A stretch of 63,386 nucleotides of DNA, the filler included, from Circinaria calcarea (taxonomy: Eukaryota), in NCBI GenBank assembly GCA_051942165.1. It is 8 parts of 8 records of this genome, joined end to end, with 100 filler letters (N's around TTAATTAATTAA, not from the genome) between each part and the next. Parts side by side here need not be neighbours in the genome. Positions count along the whole stretch, not along the records: positions 23,827 to 31,662 come from JAVECS010001235.1; positions 31,763 to 39,598 come from JAVECS010001236.1; positions 39,699 to 47,529 come from JAVECS010001237.1; 5 more parts are not named here. One strand, written 5' to 3'. Positions 27,201-40,921 of this stretch are shown here, piece by piece (position 1 is the first letter of the stretch; each line of letters begins with the position of its first letter). The position numbers were made by a program, and so were the translations under genes. The notes below the pieces were generated by a model that was not told the origin of the DNA, did not search any database, and saw only the letters and a list, made by a program, of their open reading frames with translations.

Positions 27201-27718
27201 GTCTGCGTAGAGTAGCTGATACTCGGAGAAAATTGGGCATTCATTTCGTAGCTGCATAAACCACGCTGACAGTTTGTCGAAGTAGGAGAAAAAGTTGCTG
27301 GCTGCCTGTATAGATCATGTCTTAGCAAGAACCACAAGTTCCTTCAGTCGGGAGCTTACAAGCATAGTAAACTTGACGCTTCCCCATACCAACGCCGCAA
27401 TCCCCGGATTTGCTTGAACAAAAGTATCAACCACGGAGGAAAACTGCTGGATAGACTGCAGCACGCCCATCAGCCGGCTTGCAACGCCTCGACTACTGCG
27501 CTTCGCATTTTCCCGGTCGAGTTCGGCTGTGAAAGTCACTACAGTTGAAGCGTCCGGAAATTTTCTGAGCAGGAAGAACTCGGTTCTCTGGGAAGGGGTG
27601 AGGGAGGCTTGGAAGTCTGTCAGAGCATCTTGCAGTGGATCGATAACACTGAGGGATATGGATTAGCTTCTCGTACTAGAACGCCTGTGTCACTCTTGAC
27701 TTACGATATCGACGCCAT
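24247..27718 (-). CDS. Fungal NLR: N-terminal helical (Goodbye-like) domain + NACHT + winged helix + ankyrin repeats; possibly frameshifted
   Basis: MASIS|VIDPLQDALTDF...SIQQFSSVVDTFVQANPGIAALVWGSVKF; P-loop GILGSGKT; Walker B IIIDGLDEC; FLWVYFQ; RPLSLDELREAI; FAHHSVKQF; ankyrin GDTLLHYAAVQGQEQIIGLLISYGA. Two splice junctions do not keep frame. Confidence 0.85.
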
Positions 27719-28231
27719 TTGGAAGCTTGAGTAAGAATGATTGCGAGTCCATTGTGAGAGGAGATCTCGTTAGAAACCGGACAAGGCAATCTGCCTGCAG
27801 GCTGTGCATGGAATTCAGCGGAACCACCATCCAATCACAGGGGTTCCCACCATAGAAGACCACTTTATTCATGAGTTCGAATGCAGTTGCGTAGGTGACC
27901 TCAATTCAGGACAAACTTCGCCAGGTGATTAGCCTACACTCAGCATTTATATTCATTCAGTGTAGGGTAAAGCTGTTAACCTCGCCGGATCTCAGCCTAG
28001 CCGTTTTTGGAGATTGCGAGTGTGGTGATAAGTGGTCGACCTTTTTGAAAATAGATACCCATACAAAATGAGGTTGAATGCAACCGCAATTGGAGAAAAC
28101 AAAATACCCGTTTCAGTGTTTTCATACCATAGTATATCTAGTTGAGTAAAGAGAAGTTAATGTCCAAAATCGTCATTATCATCCCGCCCTCCCTTATTTT
28201 CTCCTAAGCTCCGTGTTTTCTCGGAGCATAA

Positions 28232-31200
28232 CTAAGCGAAAACGTCGCTGGCGAACCTCTCATTCCTAATTCCCTTGAACCACTCCTCTCCTTCCTTCCT
28301 CCCCTTCCCAGTCCCCTCCTCATAGATCCGCAAAACCACCTCCCTCACCGCCTCCCCGACCTTGCCGTTCCCGCATACGAAAATCCGTGCTCCCTTTCGC
28401 CACAGTTCCCTCGCCTCCTCTCGTTCCTGCCAGACCCGATCCTGTACATACTTACAACCTTCACTGCTTTCAGGATCCTTGCTGAAGGCGTAGCGGAGTT
28501 GGACGGCCCCGAGAGATTGCCAGTGGTCCAGTTCCTCGGCGTAGAGGCGATCGCGGGTGGGGTGGCGGCAACCGATGAACAAGAGGGCGGGGGCGAGGGT
28601 GCGGCCGGCAGAGATCTGAGCGGCTCGTTCCATTACGAAGCCCCGGAAGGGAGCTAAGCCAGTTCCGGCGCAAATCATGACGAGAGGGATATTCTGGACG
28701 TCAAGCGGCGGGTGGAATGCTTCATGGCTTTTTCTCACAGCGACACGGGCACGGTCTCCTTTATCGAGCTCCGAAAGGTAGTGGGACGCGATTCCGATAT
28801 ATCGCTTGCCGCCACCGCCCAAAGCTTCTTGATCGAGGACAGAATAGGTCAGAGTGCAGGAGGTGGGATCTATGAGCGGAGAAGAGGAGATGGAGTATTG
28901 GCGGACCCGCATAGGGGGAAGCATGGAAAGGAAGGTGCCGAATGTGAGAGCAGCTGTGGGGTGACGTTCCAAAAGGTCGAGCGGGCTGAGGCGTTTGACG
29001 GTAATCTCTCTTGTGAATTCTTCATCGGAGAGAGATGCAAGTTTAGTACGAGTGTCCTCATCAGGGATTGTTTGAGCAATGGCAGCGACATTCTGAGTTA
29101 GATTGTCAGGAGGATATTAGCCAAACCTAAGGCGCGGGGGGACTAACCTTTACAGTCGCAGGCTGATTGAGCTCTAGATATGCGGACAACATCGCAAATA
29201 CGGACATGTCTTTACCTGTTGGTAAGAGAGTGTTTTGGCCTTCTTTGATGATGATCTTGGCGTCCCATGCTAACCCAAACCTATTCATAACGCGCTTGAC
29301 GATTTTAGCATGATTGATTGGAAGTATAGCGAGGTAGTCGCCAGTTCGATAGGTCATACCCGTGGGTAGCTGTAGCTCGATATGGCGCTTCTCCGGTTCA
29401 TCTGGTGCGGTAAGAGCTCTAACATCTTTCACTATTGCCTCGCTCACATCCTGTCGAAGGTTACTGGAGCGAGTGTGCGTGGTAATCTCTATGTCGAGTC
29501 CATGACTGCTTTCGGTGTCTTTGACTTCGCCACCGTATTCTTTTACTATCCCCGGCCACAAATTATGGTCGGCCCACTTGTCGAAATCATTGAAGATATC
29601 TCCATTTCCGGCGTCTGCATAACCTCGTTCGGCAAGTCGTTTGGCACCTCTCTCCTCGAAGAGCTTGTCTGTAAGGGCAGGGATTCTTTGGAAAGTGGCT
29701 TGCCAATCACCTGTTTCCCGTAAGTGCTAGCCCTTTTGCTTATCTTGCTATACTTACGATGACCGCACCCGAACACCGCGAATCTGGAACCTTCTAACTC
29801 ACTCCCTTTAAGATTTTGTAGCCACTCGATGAAATGAGCTGCATTATCTGTTGGCTGTCCTTCGTAGCTAGCAGTTATTATTACGACCGGATGATCCTTC
29901 GGAACTGCATCGGTGGCGGCATCAAGAGCCTTGACAGTAGCATTATATCCATGGTCTGAAGCCCTGCCGGCGAGTGTTTGAGCTAGCGACTCGCATGTAC
30001 CTGTATTTGAGCCGAAAAGAATGGACATTGGCTTCTTGGGGGCTCTAGACGTGGCAATCTCTTCCACTTTCTTATCTTTGTCACTCACCACCTTCGTAGC
30101 TTCCGCTCCATATAGTTTGCGCTCAAGCCCGATGGGGTCAATCTTATCTCTCAGTGTGGCATACATGTAGAAGCCTTTAGGTTTGATGGTCAGCGTCTGT
30201 GAGATAGCCATTTGATAGCTAGGATCATCTGCTCGGAAAGTAAAATTTTGTAAGAGGAGGGCAACCACCAGGAGCGCTTCTTGCCAAGCGAACGGTCTCC
30301 CTATGCACGCTCTCATACCGTTTCCAAAGGGCTGGAAAGTTTGTCAGTAGAAGACAAAGGCTTTGGCGTTTCAAACAGATACTGACCTTCCAAGAATTTG
30401 GGGGTAGTTTGTTGAAATTCTCATCCAGACATCGTTCCGGGACGAACTCATCGGCATCTTCGCCCCACACGGAAGGATCCCGATGGACGCGAGGTAAGAA
30501 AGACCCGATAGTCTGCCCATAGCCGACTTCATACTTCTTCTTTCCTATGTAAATAGGGTAGTCCTTGGGGTCGTCCGATATCGGTTTGACGCTGAAGCCT
30601 GGTGCTGTGGGATACAACCTTAATGTCTCCCGTAGACAGGCGGTTATGTAAGGAAGCTTTGCCAGGTGTTCATAAGTAACCGGTCCCTTCCCCACCACTT
30701 CGTCCACCTCCTTCTGTGCCGCCTTATAGGCCGCGGGATGTTTAAGCAGCAGGACGAACAGAAAAGAAAGCAATCCGGATGTGGTCTCATGACCTATATA
30801 AGATCAGTATAGCGCTATTTCAAGGAGAATAAGAACAAGTTACCTGCAATCAAGAATGTGATCATGTTGTTCATAATGTTATCATCAGGTAAAGTCCTCC
30901 CGGTTTTGGGATCTTTGCCAAAAAGGAATGCATTGACGAGATCTTTTTTGTCACTAGGATGCGCCCTCCTTTCCTGGATGACATGCTTCGCAACAGACTG
31001 CATGAGCTTGATACTTTCAAAGTATTTCCTTGTCGATTCCCTGTATAGGACGTTGGACATGAAATCCGATCTTTGAGCTCGCGCGCCAGACTCTTTGAGG
31101 AAGTACTAAGAATATCTAATAAGCACCCATTTCCGCCAGGAAAGAAAGACGCCCCGTTAGAAGGCTTACCTGCATTACCTCCACAAAGGGATGAAGATCT

Positions 31201-31662
31201 TCACGGTAGAAGGAGTTGAAACGGGTATCCATCGCACAACTAGAAAAAGGTATCAGTACCAAACCTCATTAATGCAACGGTCCTCATCTCACAGTGCAAT
31301 GCTATCTAGGGTTAACCTAGTGAAGTCCTCCGTGACGGGGATCTTATTTTCAGAACCATATCGAGCCCATTTGGAGACAAGTTGTGAGGCAATGTCATGC
31401 ATTTCTACCCCCAACGTTAGACCTCCATGCAAAACTCCATTCACCAATACCTACCATCAAACATATCACGAATGGCCAGGGGGCCAAAAGCGGGCATCAG
31501 AATCCGATGAGCTAGTCCCCAATTCTCTTCAAACGAAAATGCAGTAAACAATCCATCTCCTATCCCATTGCGCACTTGCAGCAAGCCTCCCGAGGGCTGC
31601 TTAATAAACCTTTTCTCGTCACACATCTCGTTCAACAGCTCCTGGGTGGTGATGGTGATTCT
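28232..31662 (-). CDS. Bifunctional cytochrome P450/NADPH-P450 reductase (CYP505 family); 5' end truncated
   Basis: [28 protein letters not shown] haem motif, flavodoxin GSNTGTCE and [31 protein letters not shown]-terminus RFASDVFA*. Confidence 0.95.
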
Positions 31663-31762
31663 NNNNNNNNNNNNNNNNNNNNNNNNNNNNNNNNNNNNNN
31701 NNNNNNTTAATTAATTAANNNNNNNNNNNNNNNNNNNNNNNNNNNNNNNNNNNNNNNNNNNN
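31663..31762. other. Artificial contig linker
   Basis: N44-TTAATTAATTAA-N44. Confidence 0.99.
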
Positions 31763-32016
31763 GTGAAACTGCAGCAAGGTGACACTGGCCGACCATCGAA
31801 TGAGAATGTGCGGTTTTTCGAGTCCAGAAAGTTATTGAGGGTCTTGGGCTTATTTCTGAAGAGTAACGTGGCGATCCCATCTGCAGCTGTAAGATCACAC
31901 ACGGCGGTCTTTTCCTGTATGGATTTCTCGTCGACAATATGTGCAAACCCGAAAGGGGTATCCGGGGGGAGTAGTGCACATGAGGAGAGATAGCGGATTA
32001 CAGGGTCATCGGCCAT
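31763..32016 (-). CDS. Hypothetical protein, N-terminal fragment
   Basis: ATG in a CCC ATG G context; open frame MADDPVIRYLSSCALLPPDTPFGFAHIVDE... runs off the contig; family not recognised. Confidence 0.5.
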
Positions 32017-32762
32017 GGGTGAGGTTGGGAATATTGGCCAACAGCGAAATTAGCAGTCAATTCAACTGGTCCCACGATCTGAGACAAAAGGAAGCTGTAT
32101 CACTAGGAAGATGCACCACTTTCTTGATAGAGCTTTCGTGCTTGTGGCCCGTATTTTGATTTTCAAGGGACGCTGAAGACGTCAATAAGCCTAGAGATTT
32201 CTGAATGATTGAGATGAAGTGGGTTCAGTGGTTAGGAACTTGACGGGTATAATGGATGTATAAGTACTGCAATCGCGATTGAGTTCTAGAAAGTACTACT
32301 GTCTTAGGAGAATGACTTTGTAATATCATAAGGAAAGCAGCAGAAATCAACGCCTTTCTTGACAATGAAGGTACAACTGCAGGACGTCTGAGGCACATCA
32401 TTCAAGCTCCCTCCGGAAGTAATAAGAAACCGCATCAAAATCACGATCAAAATAGTTGCATGTTCAACTGACAAGCCTGTTCGGTAGAACCGGAACGATA
32501 CTTGTAGGAGAAAGAGTAGCAAGACTTGGACAATAAGGCTGAGACGGGCTAAAGTAGCTCCGGTTGCCAGCCGACCAGTGCCTTCTTGAACCCTGGTGTC
32601 TCCTACGGCAGCAGCCCATGGCTTGCTCAGCATACACGGCAACCTCTGTGCTAGAAAGGCCTTTTGAGTTGTAAGGAAGAACTCGGCCTTGAGAGATCTA
32701 TTCTAAAATCCGATGACCTCAATAAATGGCATCGGAGACATGAGGCTACCACGACGGCTCCG

Positions 32763-35700
32763 ATGAGCACAGTCCAAGATGAGGCCGAAGCAGGTCCAGT
32801 GGAAACATTGTCCGAGACCGAGAATAGTTCATTCCAAATTCAGGAGGCCAACATCAACAACTACGGCCCGATCGAATTTGGGACAGATGCAGAGAGACAC
32901 AGCTCTTTAGGGTGGGAGGAAGCTGGGGATGAGGAACGAGAGGAAGTAGGGAAAAGCTCGCGGCATGGCAAGAAAGCTGAGGATTACGCAAACTCTATCA
33001 AAAGTGATGAGAGCTCCATAGAAGCCAGTGGAGGGACGGTAGCAAGTAAGGCCCAGGAGAAGCCATCAAGTGCTGATGGATCTCTCTCAACGCCGGACGA
33101 TACACCGTCTGTACAGGTACGAGGGGAGCTCTTATTTACACCGTTACAAGAGCTCAGTATGGAGTACAGAACTCTCTAGTATCATCTCGAGGGGATCGTC
33201 TGGGTCTTCGGGGTCATGGACAGAGTCCGACACCGTCTCTCCGCCCCTTCGATCGACGGTTTCAAGCACGGCTCTCGCCATCGCCTTTGAACACTCCACG
33301 GGCTACGTCTCCATCTTTTCTTACAGCACACTCGCGGCAATCTTCTGTATCAAGCCAACTCCTGCAGGGATCTGAGGGAGCAGATACACCTGATTCGCCC
33401 TGGGAAGTTATTCGTTGGACGAAACTCAGGAAGATTACAGGTCAAGCATTCTCGGAAAGTGGTAAAAGAAACTTTGGGCGTCCTACGTGCATCGCTATTT
33501 CGTCATCAATTGCATTGGGTACATCGAGAGGCATCATTCTGATCTTCGATTATCATCAGAACCTCAAAGGCATTATTGGACCGGGAACCAAAGGTGAGCA
33601 TCTCCGATACTATTTGAATGTGGTACTCAGCTGACATGTTCTGTACAAAGCTGTTGAATGTGGTTCTATAACGTCAATCGCCTTATCGGCTGATCATTCT
33701 ACAGTTGCTGGGGGTCATGCTACTGGTAATATCTTCACTTGGGAGATTGCTAGACCTGCGAAACCCTTTCTGTACATTCCATCGACAGACAGGTCGCGAG
33801 CCCGAGGCTCAGAATTCGATGGCCACGTCTCTGGCGTTGCAATTCTACACCTTGGATTCTTGGGCACCAGGCATACAGCCCTCGTATCTGCTGACGATAA
33901 GGGTATGGCATTCTCTCATCTTGCTACTAGGGGCATGGGCCTCGTTGCGAGGTCAATACGAACGACTCGCATTCTAGGACGCTACCCTGATTTTACCCCT
34001 GATGTTCCGCCAACTAAAAAGCCTAGCTCCGTTCTAGCATTTTCGCCATTGCCCCTTGGTGTTACTGAGCACTCAACCGATCTAATGGGCCTGGTGGCCT
34101 TACTGACGCCGTACCTACTCGTGATTGTCTCAACAACACCAGTGGCACAAACTCAGCACAAGGTTACCAAACCTAAAGAAATAGCGGTGCATGGTGCAAT
34201 GAGCGCAGCGCTAGCTTGGTTTCCAGCTGTCCAGGACGTTGAAGGGGATGCTCTTGATTCGGAGTCATTGCCGAAGATTAAGTTAGCTTATTGCTGGTCG
34301 AATGTTCTTATGTTACTTGATGTTATGGATATGGATGTATCGAGAATGAATGACAAGGACAAACCTCCTGAGTTGCATTTCAAACCGCGGAAGAGATGGA
34401 AGGCAGAGGAAGCTATTGTTGCTATTCAATGGCTTAGTCGTTCAGTGCTAGCGGTAATGACGATCACCCAGCAACTAATCATTCTCGAGGATGCCTCACT
34501 GCATGTCACCGATTCATTTGACCTAATCAAAAAGCACGTATATCACGCAGATCTATTTTCACAGCAGCTAAGCCCGTTGATCGAGAGGTTGGACGAAGAA
34601 GACATGTCAATGCATGGAGTCGTTGCAGATGCCTTCTACATGAGTTTCAGAGCGTATAAAGGGCGGCTATTCCTACTGGGCTTCAATGATGTATCAGTAG
34701 GAACCTTGTCCAACTGGGCTGATAGGTTACTTGCACTTATGGAACAAGGAGACTTCATTGGCGCTATTAAACTAGCAACCTCTTACTACGACGGAGAAGC
34801 AGAGAAAGCCACGATCGGTCTTCCAGAAGACAGCGGTTCGAGGCATACTTTGGTCCGAGAGAAACTGCTGGAAATGATGTCTGCATCGTTGCGATATGCA
34901 TTCGGCAAGAATGCAGAAGCAGGGACAACACGGTTGCCAGAGTTGCAACTCAAAGAATTAGCTGCTGCATGCTTCCATGCCTGCAACAGCATTGGGGATA
35001 TGGAGTTCTTATTTGAAGACGTCTACGCTTGGTATTCGGACGGAGACGTTCAGGGAATATTGCTCGAAATCTTGGAGCCGTCTATAAAGGAAGGCCGCGT
35101 CAAAATACTACCTCCCTCCGTAGTCAAAGACTTGATTAATCATTTCGTCGACCGACAATGGGCTGCTCGGCTTGAAGAGCTGCTATGTGATTTAGACCCA
35201 AGCACGATGGACATTGACCAGATAACGACCTTGTGCAGAACCAACAGGTTATACGATGCTCTTCTCTACCTTTGGAGCCAAGCACTTGGCGATTATACCA
35301 CGGTGTTACAAGAGCTCATGGACATGCAAAAAGGCCTGCAAAGTAATGGTGTAGATGAAGATACGGATGAACGCTTTATGTTCTTTGATCCTACGTCGAA
35401 GATCTTTCCATATCTTTCATACATACTCACAGGTCGAATATACCCGACAGGAGATCAAATGCATATGGACAAAGCAACTATGGCAAAAGCGGACATTTAT
35501 AGCTTCTTATTCTCCGGGAGCAACTCGAAAGCTAATGGCATCAACAGCACACCTACTACTGAATCTTTATATCCTAGCCTCGAGAGTGTCCTCGATATTG
35601 ACGCGCCAAGCTTCTTGAGCGTGATGAACGAGGCTTTTGAAGATAGCTTCTTGAATAATTCCGATGAATCTGGTAGCGGAAAGGGAGTTGCAATGACAAC

Positions 35701-37645
35701 GGAACAGCGGTTTGGCCTGTCCCTTAATCGACAGTACATTGTCAGCATTCTCCTCGAGGTCATGAACCCGCCAAGATATGGCCCAGAGGACATAGTATAC
35801 ATGAATATGTTTGTGGCTCGAAACCTTCCAAAATTTCCGCAGTATATACTTCTCCCTGGTAGCGTTCTTCACAAGATTCTTGTCGACCTTTGCAATTATT
35901 CAAGCGAAGACGTTGAAGATGACTGTCAACTCAGTGTCGAGTACCTTCTCTCCGTATACCGGCCACCGGATCTGCCATCGTTGATAGCGTTGTTTTCACG
36001 AGCTCGCTTTTACCGGGTGATGAAATCCATCTACAAGGCTGAAAGACAGTACGACCTGTTACTGCAAACCTGCTTCGAAGATCATGAGGACCCCGAGGCC
36101 GTATTCGGTTGCATCGCCGATTGTCTTAGACCCGGTGCTGGACTGAACGAAAAGCAACTGCAAACTGTCCGCGATGTTGTGGCGGAACACGCCAGAGAAA
36201 TGGTTTCTGTAGATCTTTCCAGAGCGGCCTCGACCATCCAACAATACGCCCCCGATCTTCATGGCGTTCTGTTAGATGCCATCGGCGATGATGAGCACGC
36301 CCAATTCCAATATCTACAAGCCGTGCTTGAGCCTCAAGAAGTAGAGGGAGTTAATCCACAGTATCGAAAAACAGACAATCGCTTCGTCGAGTTGTATGTT
36401 CGCCTCCTGTGTGAATTTGAGCCGCATCATGTCAGCAAGTATATAGAGAGGCTCAAGGTTGGTGATCTTCGATTAGAAGAAGTATTACCAGCCCTTGAGA
36501 ACAGCGGTGTCATTGACGCTGCCGTAGTCCTTTTGGCAAGAGAGGGAAAAGTTCGTGAAGCCCTTGATCGACTTGTTCAATACCTTATGACTTTGGAGGC
36601 TGCTTTAATTGGATTACTCGACGGTGCCGAGTCCGCTCCTGATCCTGGCAATATTCAAGAAACAGCCGGTGACTTGGTGGAATCGTTTGATAAATTCGTA
36701 CGGGTTGGCATCTGGCTGTGCCAAGGGCAATCTAAGAGTATCGACAATTCCAGAGCACCTATCAAGCATCTTAACAGTAATTCGTCGTCGGGCGAAGGGT
36801 TGTCTGCGAATGAGGTCTTTTGGGTTGATCTTATTGATGCAGTTGTGCAAGTAACGCGTAATGTGGGCGAACTTCTCGACACTCAATATCCAGCGGATGG
36901 GTTAGAGAATCCCGATAAAACCCGACAGTCCTCCAAACCACAGAAATTGGACGCTCCAAATCTCCTCCGGTCTCTCCGAAAATCAGTACAGGACGCGTTC
37001 ACAGCTCTGCTTGCAACTACCAGCATACCTCCTGCTAATGAACCGCGTCACAAAAATATGGCTTTCTTGCGCATCCTCCGTACGTTCCTGAATCGCGCAT
37101 CCCTCTCCTCGCCGTCCTTGTCGAACCTTCGGGCAGTGCTTGCTGCCGTCTTCTCGGCATACTCTTATGAGGAGTCACTGCTTGATCTCGCCAATCGGTT
37201 GCTGGATAAGGATTTGTTTGTCCACGTATCCGAAGTCACGGTGCGGAGAAAACGCGGCTGGAGACCGCTTGGGCAAGTTTGTGAAGGGTGCGGTAAGAGA
37301 GTCTGGGGGCCTGGTGCTGGAGAGGGGATTTGGGATGCTTGGGTCGAAAGGGGCCAAAGAGCAACCGATACAGGTGAGACCGTTGATTTTGCGGTGCCGC
37401 GAAGTGAAAGCAGTAAGGGTAAAGCTGTTGCCAAGTCGGATGACAAGCATGTCGATTCAAGGGCTATGATAGCAGAGGACATGCATGATGGTCCCGTCTC
37501 CGAGGAGTCAAGCCCTCTTATAATTTTTTCCTGCCGACATATCTTCCATCAGACATGCCTAAAGGGTATGCAGACTACCGCAAGGGATGGAGATGGCGAC
37601 ACTGGACCCAGCAAATCTGGATATTCATGTCCATTATGTAAATAG
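32763..37645 (+). CDS. VPS8: CORVET subunit Vps8, 3 exons
   Basis: PWEVIRWTKLRKITGQAFSESGKRNFGRPTC, WD-like N-terminus, LSNWADRLLALME, C-terminal RING-like CEGC...CRHIFH..C...CPLC; two introns near 33117-33169 and 33594-33650. Confidence 0.92.
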
Positions 37646-39598
37646 GAAGTGCTCTACTCGGCGTAGGGAGAGGGGAGGCTGGTCCATGAGGGTGGGTGGC
37701 TCTTGCTTGGGAAGTAAAGTAGAATACCCTAGTTATATCATGTTCGACATCAAGCTACTGAGTTCCGCGGTCCGTTCGTCGTCTAGGATGGTCCATCTCA
37801 ACGTCAATGCGCTTCCTCCTTCCGGGGTTAGCTATTCATTCCAGCCGATCTCTCTCTGTAGGAGGGAAAGAATACGCATGTAGTTCGACGCAATGCTCTG
37901 CATCTAACTCTGCTGGCGGAACGTGGGTTAGATCGGCCGGATTGCAGACGGTGCCCTGCAGATTCTCTTCTACCGGCCTGTGATTCGAGCGCTTATATTT
38001 TCCACATAGCAAAACCGATCTGCTCCGCAGGTATGGGAGTATCTGCAATCGCACAGGTACGACATGTACGATTTTGTTGTCAGTCTGGGCCCTCGGGGTG
38101 AGGTGGTATGTAACTGTAGATCCGGCCGGTTGGGAATCCTGGTTTCTAGATGTTCTAGTGCTGTTGGAGTGCAGCTTTGATGTTTCCATGCCCGGGTCTT
38201 GTGCCTGGAGCTTCTTTAATCATTCGAAGCTCTTGCTGTGTGCGGCCTGATGTTGCGTGCAGTTTACTGCCAAATAACTAGTCAGGATTTGGTTGCTGAC
38301 AATTGGAATAGCACGCTCCCAAGGGCAAGGGTTTCATCTGCATCTATGTCGGATAACCATAGAGAAGAGTGACGGCATCGGGGAATGCACATATTACATC
38401 AATCATCCCGTGTCGAGTACACAATAATCCGAGAGCGTTGGCTGCTCTTTTTGCCATTTCATGCTCCATCTCGGTGGACTATGCCTATCATAAGCATGGT
38501 GTCCCAACTCCCTACTACAGATTGTCAGTTCCTCTACCCAAAACCCCTACGTCCTCTACCGACCCCTAGAATAACGCCGACACCATCTACACCAATACAA
38601 CATCAAAGCTTACCAGCTCCCAATGCTGATTCGCCAACCATGTCTCAAAATAATCACCATCATATCATTCTATAAGCACTATCAAATGCGTTTTATTGCT
38701 GCATCCATGCCATGCTTGAGCAGCACTACTACATATCTGCTGCTTCTATCTGGCATTCTAGATACGCACAGACGGTGCCTTTGTACATTCCTATTATGGT
38801 TTTGCATCCCCTGATTCCAATTCATATACCCCGTCCTTTCTCGATGCTGTGTCTTCCTGGTAGAAAATTAGTGTGCGGTGTGTATCTCTACATCCTCGCC
38901 TGGAGCGATGGCTTCCGCCTAGGTCGACAAGGTCAGAACATTATTCGATTGAGATTCTGGGTATGTGGTGTGGCCATCATCCCCATCCACGGTCCCCGTG
39001 GCACGCCTCGTACCAAGGGCTTTGATCGTCTAGCGAAGTGTGTAGTTTGGATTTTCAAAGCACTCCAGTTTTACCCTTCAAGGTGTGTTGTCACTGCACC
39101 GTCAATGCTCTGTCCATCGTGCTCTGTATGGTCAATGGAAGGAATATTACACTATGACACTACTCCTCCTTCCCTCCCTACTCTGCCTTCCAACCCATGA
39201 TTACCCTTTCATGAACCCAACACGTTCCCCTCCCTCGTCCACTTGAATACATACCTTCCCCATTCAGCCCCGAGCCCGTCTTCCTTGCCTTCTTGCCAAC
39301 ACGCGCTGCAATTACGAGTTCCTTTTTTTCCGACTCGATATTTCCGAAGACGACCCCACGCGAAGGAGAGAAATAAGATACAGGCGCGCCATGGAAATAG
39401 CAGAGCAAGTTCATGATGAAAAGACGTCGGAGACGGAAGATAGCTGTGATTCGAGGGAATAAAAGGGGGTCATGCGACGCAAATTGGGGAAGATATCTAC
39501 GAAAAAGTGTAGGGTAAGTGGGAAGAAGAATGGCGGGTGGGAGAAAGGGACTGGAGAATGTGGATACGGAAAATCGGGCTAGGGGAAAGGGGGAGGGG

Positions 39599-39698
39599 NN
39601 NNNNNNNNNNNNNNNNNNNNNNNNNNNNNNNNNNNNNNNNNNTTAATTAATTAANNNNNNNNNNNNNNNNNNNNNNNNNNNNNNNNNNNNNNNNNNNN
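39599..39698. other. Artificial contig linker
   Basis: N44-TTAATTAATTAA-N44. Confidence 0.99.
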
Positions 39699-40921
39699 AT
39701 ACCACACGAAGGTTAGGAAAGGGGCCCAAGCATGTACAAATCGTATTCGACCAAACAGCCTTGCAGACTGGTCAGGAGCGGAGCGGCCAACGTGCTCAAG
39801 TGGCTTGGATAGTAAGAAATCCGCCACGATGAGACTATACCCTCGAACTGGGGTGTCGTCGGAGCTGTGACCGAGGAATTGTCGCGATGACAAGACACTG
39901 ATGACTACCACTCTCGTATGGAGTTGGCCGAAGTGTCAGAGTGGTGGGCTTACCTGTCTTGCAATGAGAGTATTTTTATCCAGCGGACCTCGCCACGCCG
40001 GTTCACCTCAGCTTGACAACTTACCAAGGCCTAACCTCGCATACTCGATTGCCATATCGTAAAGTAATTCGAACGACGTCAAGTAACGACTCACGGCTAA
40101 AAGATACCTATACCCTGGGCCTTGGTCGACTGCGGGATTGATGGCAGAAAAATGGTAGTGGCAGTGGTAGCAGTGAGTGCACACCGAGACGAATACGAGA
40201 AGCGCGGACATGAAGCAGTTTGGGGAAAACATACCCGACAATATACTTACTAATCATGCCCCAAAGTCTCCTACGATTTGGCTCAGTGTGGTTCTGACAT
40301 ATTATAGCTATTAGCAAGCTCCCAAAATATGGCCTTTTCGGAGCCCTAATACGGCGTGTCGTTGTTGATCAATACATTAAATTGATTTCTCACACAAAAC
40401 ATGGTGCTCTCCACACCCAAAAAGGTTGCGTTTTGCTCGCACGCTGTTTTTAGCATCAACTAACCATATGAAGCTAGTCAAAATTACACGGCAGCAAAAA
40501 CACAGTAGTCTGAGTTTCCGAGATAACTTACAATCAAATTGAGGGAAAGTTATATCCGCAGGAACTATGGTCTTGATTCGAAGTTCGACAAGGTATGAAT
40601 TTATTGAATTATTCTAATGCTGTGACTATTTGCGGTAAGGTGCTTTCACCCAGCTAACCACCTGTACCATCTACCGAACGTTACCTTTGGTTCCTTACTT
40701 TCCCAAGGCCTCTAGGCCAGCTGTTTCAGTAAATTGGGTGTCCCGTAAGCGGTCACTGGATCCCGCTCTTAGGCTGTGTTCAGCTGGCAAAGGTAACAAA
40801 TGGCATGGGTCGGCTAGAGTAGAGGTCTTTCCCTGGTCAACTCGTGAAAGGAACAATTAGGGATGTAGTTTAATAATCATCAGCCCGTACACCACTTTAA
40901 TCCTCCATCCAACCATGACCA

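Noticed and set aside
37700..39420. Short ORFs downstream of VPS8
   Set aside because: No coherent gene model; possibly decayed coding sequence but not assignable.
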